64,000 bases of DNA from Saccostrea cucullata (Eukaryota), in NCBI RefSeq assembly GCF_032062105.1, contig NW_026928448.1:186001-250000 (forward strand). Reading direction: 5' to 3'. A program made the translations under genes and the position numbers. The notes under the pieces are model-generated. The model was not told where the DNA came from and did no database searches. It saw only the letters and a list, made by a program, of their open reading frames with translations. This document shows, piece after piece, positions 53,505-64,000 of the stretch (positions within the stretch are counted from its first letter, which is position 1; each line of letters starts with the position of its first letter).

Positions 53505-56323
53505 TTAACTTTTTTGTCTAATCATCATTCTTGCAAACTTCATGGAACGATGAGCGTTGCCAAATTTGTACCACAAAACACATGCCCAATCACTGACAGC
53601 GGATTTGTGGTATGGTCCGTTCAGGTCGGAGTTATCACAGTCTCCAAACCACCAAGCCGCTTTCCGGAATACGGCACAAGATTTACTATGCGAATCGTTA
53701 TCTTGGTCTTTCGTAGAAAAATTTCTCCCATTGTGATATTCTAAACTGTCTCCTACAATACAAACAATTGTAAATTGTATATATGCACTTTATTTAGTCT
53801 TAGATTATTACTGAGTGGATATTTTATCAGCTTATTCCATTGTGTTCGACAGTCTCTTTTCTGAATTTTAAATTTTCTATATAGTATTTCTTGTGTGGCA
53901 AAATTAATAAAAATCATGTGCTTTTGTTTATTGGGCATTTACTAAGAACTAAAGAAAGACTGCTATATAATGGTATTTTAATTACCTGCAGTGCCGCTGT
54001 ACCCATTAATTTTCAACTTGTATTTCTGTGACTCGCTTCCAATGGAAAATGACGAATATTTGGCAAAAGCTTTTTTGCCTGAAAAGTTCTGAAGGTCCAC
54101 TCTAAGTTCTTGTTTTGCTCTTGTGGTAAGTAAATGAATAACTTCATTACCTGAAGATGAAAGAAATAATTTCTCCTTTTATAAACGTTTAAGAATGTAT
54201 TTATCAGTTGGCCTTATTATAAAGTAAAAAGGACTAAAAGCAGTGTGTTCCTCTTGCATCAGCTTTTCAATTAATCTTGAAATTTAATTTTATAGTGTTC
54301 AAAAAGAAAATTTAGAATTTGATGAAAATTTCTTCCACAAAAGGCAGATATCCTCAAAGTGCAAACCCAAAATTTGTTTAAGCTGTCTAATTATAAAAGT
54401 GTAATTCTTACCTAACCAGTATTCTCCCTTAACTTTGCCAAACCCGTTTTTATAAGACTTCCATGATCTATAGAAATCAACAGATCCGTCAATTCTTCTC
54501 TGGACAACCTGTTTAGATGAAAAAGGTTTCACTTACCAATATTAAAAAAAAAACGCACAACATCCGAGCATCTTTTGCGTCGAAAATCATCTTTAGCACA
54601 GAAAACATTTTATGCTTTATTATTTTTTTTATTCAAAGTCGACGGCGAAATAATAGTTATCCTTTTGAAAACACAAAATACCGGTATATGACGCAAATGA
54701 ATGAAAAGAAAAATTAAAGCAAGATGTAATTGTGAAACACTATGCCCCCGATGGTAACACAATTCTGGAGTGGGAAGTAACTGAAGTGGTATATACTTAC
54801 ACTTGTCAGCGCAATAATTATGGGCTAAGTTAAAGTTGACAACAGACAAACAGACAGACGGGGACAAAACAATTAACCCCTTGTATCTTTCGATTCAGGG
54901 GGATTAAGAAATAAAATTAAAACTTCTCACTGTCCAGCCTCCTCCGTCTGTAGTCATGTCACAGTACACCAGCTTCTTTTTCTTCATATCGTGATCAGGA
55001 TATATAGTGTAGACACCATCTTTTCCTTTCGTGTGGGGGATAGATTTCAGAATGGCTGCACAATCTCTCTGCAGGCCTGTTAGAGATATTTATTGCTTTT
55101 AAAGGTTCAAAAAACTTTCAACTAAGGAAAATTCTGAGTCTTTCTGTTTAATCTATATTCATCTACAATGATAATCTTGTATTTAATGGAGGTAAAACTT
55201 ATAAATTATTATTTGTTTTATCAAACTGCCACCACATTATAAAGTGTTCAATTTTAGTCCCTTCCTTACAAACTTATATGTACTGACTCTGATATTTGTT
55301 GAAATGTTTCCCAGTAAGTCTGTAGTGGGACAAGAGAGAAATATCCACAGAGACTGGCGAATTCACTTTGACTGATGTGTTCAGGTGCTGCCAGTTCCAG
55401 GCAATTAATTTCAGAAGATCCTGAACATTACCTAAAATAATATCGATATAATTAGTTGAAATATTAATAACAAAGTAGCCTTACATTATTACGCTTTACA
55501 TATCATTTTATGTTTTTTGCAATGTTATTTTAAATTATACTCCTCTAAATAATCAAATGAAATTTGAAGGTTTGATCTCCGGACCTTCCGATCACGAAGC
55601 AAACGCCGTACCGACTGATCGATACAATGAATTGATATAATAATTTAACAATTAAAGTACCCTTACATAATTTACGATTTACAGAAGTGTGCCAAAAGTG
55701 ATGATAATTTATTTTTTTTTTCTATATATATTTCATTAAAAAACAACATTTTGTATAATCCCTGGCATGACAACATTTCTTGACTGATTTTACCACAAAT
55801 TCCTTGATAATGCCAGGAAATGTTTAATTTGATAAAACAACATTTTTTTATCTGATCAGCATCGATGTTTCAATGAGAGATATTGTGATTTAAGTGCGAC
55901 ATAAAACGTACAATGACTTATATAGTCAACATTAATCCTGTCTTGAATTTTAGAATTGATGTGAGTGATGAGCTTCCTTTTTTCTAAAAACTAAATATGT
56001 AATGATCTTTTAGAAAAATATATCTACATGTAAATACTCTCTGGTTTACGTACTGAAATAAATAATGAAATTGAACAAAACAAATGACCATTTGCCAGCA
56101 CTTTAACTATATGCGGTTTTCAATAAAATATGTAGTGAAAAAATTTTCACTTTCGTCTCAGATATGTACCATCAAGTTTTTACAATGTTATTATTATATG
56201 CCTTGTATCAATTAAATGTTAATTAAAGTTACCTTTTATGTGGGGATGGGGTTCAACACATAACACTGCAGTGAAATAAAAGACGAGGCAACTCAGACTG
56301 TACAGATTTCTTGGTAAATCCAT
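53505..56323 (-). CDS. Secreted fibrinogen C-terminal domain protein (FREP / ficolin / tachylectin-like), ~296 aa
   Basis: Exons 56323-56233 (signal-peptide-like), 55431-55288, 55076-54931, 54508-54412, 54150-53986, 53752-53505 (891 nt). Motifs [88 protein letters not shown] just downstream of the stop. Confidence 0.95.
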
Positions 56324-56579
56324 GATTCTGATTGTGCATACAAAGATAAACTTAGTCAGAAAAAAGGATATTATTTATATATTTTTTGTCATCATTAAAT
56401 TGTAAAAGGATATGTTTCCGTGATGAATGACTAAAAAAAATAGCATGTTTTGAAATTTCATCAATAAAAAAAATTGTAAAGACGGTCAATAAGAAAAAAG
56501 ATAAACGGATAAAAAAAAATGTCAGTTTTATGCAAAAAATTAACATAATTCTTTATTAATGCATGCATTTCATAAGAAG

Positions 56580-57342
56580 CAAAATATTATGCAAAATCTT
56601 ATGCATGAAAAGAAGAAAAAACTTGCTGTGGCCTTAAACTCGACATTTAGCTATATCGACGACGTTTTGTGCATTAACAATGGTAATTTCCATTCCTATG
56701 TCGATACGATATATTCTGGTGAGCTTGAGATAAAAGATACCACAGAGTTTGACACTTCTGTTTCATATTTGGATATTTTACTTGAAAAAAGACGTTAATG
56801 GTAATCTAACAACCAAACTCAATGATAAACGTGATGACTTTAACTCTTCTATCGTCAACTTCCCTTACTTATGCAGCAATATACCTTTGTCACCTTCATA
56901 ACGGAGTTTATATCTCACAATTGATTCGATACGCAAGAGCATGTTCTACGTATGAGCAATTTCTAAAACGAGGTAAATTATTGACAAACAAGTTGATAAA
57001 ACAAGAATATCAGCAGTCTCGTTTAAAGTCATCATTTCGTAAGTTCTATGGCTGATACAATGACCTTGTCAGCCATTACAATTTACCATTGAGTCAAAAG
57101 CTTACTGACGTTTTTCACACCAATCGTTAGTCAATTATTTATAGACTGAATTGACGACGGATTTTTCCGTTATTTCCCGATCATAACAAGGAGGACACGG
57201 CGGATGTGACCGGTCAGCAGGGGATGCTCACTCCTCCATGGCACCTGATCCCATCTCTGATGTTTTGGGGGTCCGTGTTTGCTCTACTTCTATTTTGTAT
57301 TGTTTTATGGACTTTGATATTGAATACTGTTCGTTATCTCCA
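56580..57342 (+). mobile_element. Penelope-like retroelement 3' portion (best-preserved copy) just upstream of the FREP
   Basis: ORFs AVALNSTFSYIDDVLCINN...ELEIKDTT and GVYISQLIRYARACSTYEQFLKRGKLLTNKL, with frameshifts, then the conserved 3' motif. Confidence 0.85.
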
Positions 57343-59030
57343 TGCATATCCCATATCCTTCATGCATAATAAGCTCTCAAGCTCTCTCTCGTTGTTGGTC
57401 TTGAATTCATGACAATGTCACTTAATTTTTTCTTGAATCCCTAACCCTGAATATAAGCACTTTTACTTAATTAAATTGATTAAACAACACTGTCTTTTCA
57501 TAAACATTCATGTATCAGGTTTGCATACATGCTTTAGTGTCTGGTTGACAATTACTTTGTAGAGTTTGAAGATCAGTACTTCCATCAATCTGCTGGAATT
57601 CTCGAGAACACGAATTTTGTCACATTGTTATTAAACCTATTGTCATTGATTTATATTAATTAAGCTGAATTGAATTTATTCAAAAAGTTTCTAAGTCATG
57701 TAAGTGTCAACAAATCTTTAAAAAACATGTATTATTACCTCTAATGTTTTTTTCTGTGTAAAGTTAAATCAATGGCTGTGATATAAATTCCAAGAATTCT
57801 CTGTGAATGGTTGCTCCCAGGTTTCTGGAAGGGGTGCGAACGATAGTCTGCGAGGTTTACTCTCTCTTCTCAGACAGACATTTTTCAAATAACCGGTTAT
57901 CATGAAATATATGGAGATAGCAAGTAGTATTCAAGATCAAACGTCCAAACTCCTTAAACAATGCATGCGTACAAACCAGGAGCAGAGCAAACACGGACCT
58001 CTTGAACTACAGAGGTAGGATTGGGCCGTGGGTGCCATGAAGGAGTGAGCATCTTTTGTGGTTCTGACACATTTCTCAATTTATTTTTTTTTCACATGTT
58101 GAAGAAACAAAATCTAGTGGCATTACTTTAATTACGTAGATGAATGATGAACTACTTCTGTCTTCCTTTTAAAGGGGGGGGGGGCTTTTTTTACAGTCAC
58201 TTCCTAAAAGTTCCCCTTTCCGACGGCTTTGCAATCCCCATTTTTGCACGGTGTTAGTCAAGTGAGCTAATTCCTGCATTGAAAGCTACTTTGAAAGCTA
58301 AGTGAGTTTTGTGGGGCAATGGGTCCATTTGCATATCCTAGAGGAGGCCGGTTGTTTGTGGATGTAGGAGGCCTAGAAAATTGAGCAAAATAATCACCTT
58401 GATACTTTTTGATCCTTTAATGGGTACACATTTGGATGTTTTTTTTTAGGGTAAAACAGTCACTTTTATTGAATATATAAATTTCCGACTTGTTATTAAA
58501 TCTTATTCAGTGGTATGGGAAGAGTTGTGGATAAGAGATGGGTACCCTTCAGTATTATAGAAAGAATGACAGTGTCCATGTTTTGCCACGGGAAACCCAA
58601 AATATTTATCGGATCAAAAAGTAAAATAGGAGGTCACAATGGTATTCTTCCTGGATAATTTATTTACACAACTATATAGATGTATCTACAGCTGATTCCT
58701 ATATTCCCTCCCACTTTTCAAGCGGAAATAATAATGAATATACATGTAGACAAGTTAACTAAGATCAGTGAATGTTGCATCTACCATGCAGGGCACTAAC
58801 ATACTATGTAGGGTTCTTAGTCTAGCGTATGAAAAACTTTTTCAGGAGCAATTTTATTTTCATTTCGTGAATTTTGATAAAATGATTCCAGTCTTTCTGA
58901 CAATATTGAAATCAACCAAAGAATCTTTAGATATCCTTTCTGTCATCTTTTTATGCAAAATCGGTGAACCCACAGTGGGTTGTTTTTGGTAAAGAACATC
59001 ACTCGTTTAGCTTTAATCCGAGTTACATGT

Positions 59031-59236
59031 CAGGCGCGGATCCAGGAATTTAAGTTAGAGGGGGCGCCAAAAATAGGCAGGGGGTCTGGGGGCCGCCGGA
59101 AGCTCCTGGATTCTAGAGATTTTGTAGGGTAAAAAAGAGGTCTACCAAGTAGACATATTTACATGTTCTAGACGAAACTGTGATTTACGCTAACTTTGAT
59201 AATTTTAGGGGGGCGCGCGCCTTAAATCCGCCACTG
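59031..59236. mobile_element. GC-rich MITE-like insertion (CAG-terminated, possibly hAT-type)
   Basis: Imperfect TIR CAGGCGCGGATCCAGG ... CCTTAAATCCGCCACTG. Absent from the duplicate copy near 63115. No clear TSD. Confidence 0.65.
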
Positions 59237-61109
59237 CATTTACATAAAAAATTGGGAGGCTACAAGAAATTACACCAAAAAATTTATAAGTCGTGTTCGA
59301 GCATGTGGAATTACAGACGCTGTACATGTCAGATGGCCCAACATCTCATGTCTCAAGTTTAGCAAGAATCTAAAATATTTACTTTCCCAGCCAATAAAAA
59401 ATCAGATATGTGAAAGATAATATAGATACGTAACCATAATTCACTTTCCCAGCCAATTAAAATGAGTGAGAACTGAAAATGATACCTGACATGTAAGAAA
59501 TGTCAGGTACTGTTACCTTTACATGTAATACTTGTCACTGTAATGCTATACCTAACTCATTTGTTAAATGCTGATATATTTTCCCACTAAAAGTATTTGT
59601 TTTTCATGGATATCAAATTCTGTCTTTTCACTTGTTCAACTATTTCGTGGTCGTGAACTTTTTAAAGTTAGTTTTCAAGTATTAAATTTCATGCTAAATC
59701 ATGAGATTTTGCTATACTAGTCTTTTGCACACAGTATAATGCTTCGGTATTTTACAAAAATTTCTCATCAATAGTTAATTATTTAATAGCTACTTTTTTG
59801 TACATGTATTTGTAGGTAATATTACCTCAATTGCCTTCCTGATTAATTACAAGACTTATGGCTGACGTGCCTGGTCAACAGGGGATGCTTACTCCTCCTA
59901 AGCACCTGATCCCACCTCGGGAATTTACAAGTCAAGACTTTTTTCAGAACATTCTGCCATGTACTCAAAAAAAGTTTGAACTCCGTTGTTTCACTGAGTG
60001 TACTGTGGAATCGTTTTTATTAATAGTGGGGGTCAATATTTGTTGGTCAGCAAAATTTTACCTGTTCATGGGACGTGATTTCTTGGTTTACTTGTAAATA
60101 CTATCATTCAATGAATCAATATGTTAACAAAATAATCGTTCGTGGGGATGTAAATTTGTGGGTATGAGTGACCTATGAAATCCACAAAACACAATCTACA
60201 ATATGCTGAAATGCATACCTGCTTGTCTGATAGAATAGATATTTATGAAAACAGAAAAAAATCAAAAATAAGACATACAAATCCCCGCAAGCAAACAATC
60301 TGAAAACTTTGACTCTTAAAGTAGGTAAGCTTAAAGAAAAAAATCAAAACTCCTTTATACTTGTAACATATTTTATTTAACATATTAAGTTTATCAACAG
60401 TATAATTGCATTAGCAACTCAGAATGAGAATTCTTAAAACTCTAATGAACTTTGGACTACTGATTTAAAAACTTAAACCAAATTACAGGCATGCAGTTTT
60501 CTACCATCTATAAACAAAACAATAAAAGTTGTAAATTGTGTCATGAACAGTAAACAAATACCAGTGTCAATATCTGACTAAGCATTTGGTTCCGTTCAAA
60601 ATATTTGTTTGTTTATCATTCAAATGTACTTGAGAACTGTGAAGTAATATTAATGTACAGTAATGGATATGTCACATATACCAAAAAATTGCAAGTACCT
60701 TGTTTTATTTGATATACTTTGTATCCAATCAAGATTTCACTTCCTGGATTAGGTCACCTTAACCTCAGGTGACAGAAGGTATTCCAGGTTAATGACTGTG
60801 AAGAAGAACAACTACGAAGCAGATCCCAAGCCTTCCTGTTGGGTTCTTAGGAATTCATAGCTCCTTCCTCATTGTTAATGGAGACCACACACCCTTGACC
60901 TAAATTTATTTTGGAGGGATCAAATGGTTGTCCCTTAAAAGGTGATCCCTCTGCAATTCCACGCATCTTTCAGGAGGTTCTGGACTTTCTGTAGAAGCAC
61001 AAATAAAAGTTCAAATTATTTAAAATTTCTGTAAGCTTCAATCTTTTAAAAAAAATTTTAATACCAGTATATATCGTCTTTCTGTAATTTTAAAGAAATC
61101 AGCTGGATA

Positions 61110-61400
61110 TTCCAATAATTAGTTTTAATTGGATTACCAATTGTAGAATCAAATCCAAGTTCTTCTAAAATAAAGTTATATAATGAGCCTTAAAAACGAA
61201 GACATTGTTGTTACCTGCTTTGTCAGCAGGGACTTGTACGTACTGATCATGTAATCTATCTACTAGTAATTCTTTTTTTCTCTTTTTCTGGATTATTGAA
61301 TACAGAATAGATGGTCATCAAATTGCCCCTCAATCTTTTAATACGCGATTTTAAAACATGGATCTGATACATTTAATCCATTCTGACGAAGTTAAATACT
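61110..61400 (-). mobile_element. Penelope-like ORF fragment (region upstream of the RT core)
   Basis: Minus-strand translation RLHDQYVQVPADKAGNNNVFV ... EELGFDSTIGNP; ADK-x-N is a typical Penelope-like RT motif. Confidence 0.7.
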
Positions 61401-61468
61401 ATGAGGAAAAAATAATATTACAGAAACAAGTAATTGTGGACAGTCCGACAGAAAGTCGGGAAGAACTT

Positions 61469-61631
61469 TAATAATATGCTTGCTTTGGTTGTTAGTACGG
61501 GAATTAATGTCGCAGCTATCACGGCTATTGCAGAAAAATACATAACCAGCGTAAGCAGGTTATGTGATTTTTTTCTGCAATAGCTGCGACATTAATTCCC
61601 GTACTAACAACCAAAGAAAGCATTTTATTAT
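61469..61631. mobile_element. ~160-bp palindromic MITE-like hairpin
   Basis: Arms ctttggttgttagtacgggaattaatgtcgcagctat / atagctgcgacattaattcccgtactaacaaccaaag. Confidence 0.75.
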
Positions 61632-61931
61632 TTAGTTGTAAATTACATCTGTATCAAAAATCATGCAAAGTAAAGTATTTTTTTAAGTATTGCTTTTAAG
61701 ATGTATATGTCACTGAATGTAAAACTGATGGAACAGCCATTTTTCAAAGCAAAGCAAACTATACACGTGGCTTGCTCAGTGTTGTTCATGCACTGATTAC
61801 GTCTCCATATGAGTGAAAAATTCTCGAGAGGGACGTTAAACAATATACAATTAATCAATCAATCATGCACTGATTAATGGCAATGGTCTTCCTATGAAAT
61901 AAAGGTAAAAATATTCAGTGGATGTAAATAT

Positions 61932-62483
61932 AAAGATATATTGTTTTTTAAAAATATTTTTATTGCTATTTTTTAACATAATTTCTATCTAATTTGTTTA
62001 AATGCCTCCCGGGGCCCTTGATTGGACAATACAAGTAACACATCAGGTATCCATTTTCTTGTATAAAAACAAAAATCCAAGCTAGTTTAGAGCTGACAAG
62101 TAAAATGACAGCAAAAATGTAGCCGTTATTAAAATATAATTTATTTGATTTAAAACTTAGTAAATGAAACAACATCTACATGGAAGATTGGATAAAGGCG
62201 ATCAAATTGTCAATTTCATTTGAAACATATCGACCAAAATCTTCTTCAGATGTAGATGTTGTTTTATGTATTATATTTAAAATCAAATAAATTATATTTT
62301 AGAAACGATTTTTGCTGTCATTTTACTTGTAAACTCTAAACTAGCTGGTTTTTGTTTAAAGATACTTGATGTGTTATTGCCCAATCAAGGGCCCCGGGAG
62401 TAGGAGGCTCCTAAATAAATTGAATAGAAAGTACCTAAAAAGTTTACAATAAAACGATTTTTATAAAACAACAATATATCTTT
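61932..62483. repeat. ~550-bp imperfect foldback inverted repeat
   Basis: Paired arms aaagatatattgt/acaatatatcttt, ctcccggggcccttgattgg/ccaatcaagggccccgggag, aacaacatctacat/atgtagatgttgtt. Confidence 0.85.
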
Positions 62484-64000
62484 GTTCTTCCTGACTCTGT
62501 CCACAGACACTTGTTTCTGTAATGTTTTTAACCCATAGAATTTAACTTACACACTGTATCTAACATTTTCATGGAGAGAAATTCACTGGTTAACTGTTTA
62601 TTGCCATTCTTTCCTGGATAATTTATCTACACAACCATATACGTGTATGATACACTAGTTTTTATTATATCTCCGCTGAAAAATGGGAGGGTTTATAGTG
62701 ATCGGGATCTCCGTCCGTCTGTATAAAAGTATAAGAGGAGTTCCGGATCAGAGATGGGTACCCCCACAGCGTAACAGACCGACGAACATACAGATGGATG
62801 GACGGACATCCCGATTCCTATATTCCTTCCCATTTTTCAAGCGGGGATATAATAATAAATGTAGACAATTTAACTAAAATCAAGGAATGTTGTATCTACC
62901 ATGTAGGGTACTTAGTCTAGCATAACAAACACTTTTCCAGTAGCAATATTAATTTCATTTTGTGAATTTTGATTCCAGTCTTTCTGACAGTACTGAAATC
63001 AACCATATCATTTTTTAGATTTTCTTTCTATCTTCTTTTTATATAGCATCGGTAAATCCACAGGTGGTAATTTTTGGTAAAAGAACACACTCATTTAGAT
63101 CGCTGTAATCCAGCTTACGAAATTTTTATAAAAATTGGGGTGCTACAAGAAATTACACAAAAAGTCGGATTCGAGCTACCCAAAGGCCTGTTGTAAAGAA
63201 CATATAAGTATGAGTATGAAGAATTACAGTCGCTGTGCATGTCATATGGGCGAACATCTCATGTCTCAAGTTTACAAAAGATGTAAAATATCGGTATTTA
63301 CTTTCCCCGCCATTAAAAAATTAGATATATGTGAAAGATAATATGGATATATAACAAATTCACTTTCCCAGCCAATTAAAAAAGTAAGAACTGAAAATGA
63401 TACCTGACATGTAAGTTATATCAGATACAGTTACCCTACTACAATGCTAAACCTAACTCATTTGTTAAATGCTGATATATTTTCCCATTGAAAGTATGTT
63501 TTTCATGAATATCAAATTCTGTCTGTTCACTCGATCAACTATTCCAGGGTCACACACTTTTTTTTAAGCTAGTTGGTTTTTAATTATTCAATTTCATGCT
63601 AAGTCATGTCATTTTGCTATATTAGTCTTTTGCAGACAGTATGCTTAGATATTTTACGAAAAATTCCCATCAATATTAAATTATTTAATAACTACTTTTT
63701 CTGTATTTGTAGGTAATATTTCCTCAACTGCCTTCCTGATCAGTTACACATGACTTATGGTGGGTGAAACAGGTCAACAGGGGAGGCTTACTCCTCCAAG
63801 GCACCTGATCCCACCTCTAGAATTTCCAAAACAATTTTTTTTTTCTTCAAACTTTCTACTATGTACTCCAAACAAAGTTTGACCTCTGTTGTTTGGTTGA
63901 GGGTATACCACATGGATTTAAGAAGTCTGATTTTATTAGATTGTAATTTTTTCCCATTCTAGAACACTGTGTATTGAACAAACTTGAATCTACAATATGC

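Larger units (their letters stand above)
58645..64000 (+). repeat. Direct duplication: 58645-60205 vs 62607-64000
   Basis: Colinear similarity from ttcctggataatttat through gatacctgacatgtaag to aatctacaatatgc in both copies. Confidence 0.85.

Noticed and set aside
60700-60990. Locally higher-GC segment, possible terminal exon
   Set aside because: Minus-strand frames close quickly, and I found no partner exons or recognisable homology.
61215-61290. Apparent host exon with AG/GT boundaries on the minus strand
   Set aside because: The reading frame continues through the apparent donor as VPADKAGNN, a Penelope-like RT motif.

Overview
AT-rich eukaryotic genomic DNA with GT-AG introns. The repeat landscape (Penelope-like RT relics, tRNA-SINEs, HINE-like elements) suggests a bivalve mollusc, probably an oyster (inference). 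Hand-splicing gives three gene sets. (i) A minus-strand tandem cluster of BCAP/PIK3AP1-like adaptor genes (TIR-like, DBB, ankyrin, disordered tail): three apparently intact paralogs plus a fourth, pseudogenised copy split by a nested DNA-transposon insertion. (ii) Three plus-strand paralogs of a small protein family I cannot assign, with an N-terminal 'IPT..E/D' helical domain, a KTDSGI motif and PDZ-like C-termini in two members; they sit head-to-head with the BCAP-like genes. (iii) A secreted fibrinogen-related lectin (FREP) bracketed by two co-oriented Penelope-like copies. The rest is MITEs, SINEs, Penelope-like fragments, long hairpins and a ~1.5 kb direct duplication. The best candidate for an undescribed system is the repeated divergent arrangement of BCAP-like genes and the small coiled-coil/DSG family in what looks like an innate-immune cluster. 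All exon coordinates were read by eye and need RNA-seq confirmation.
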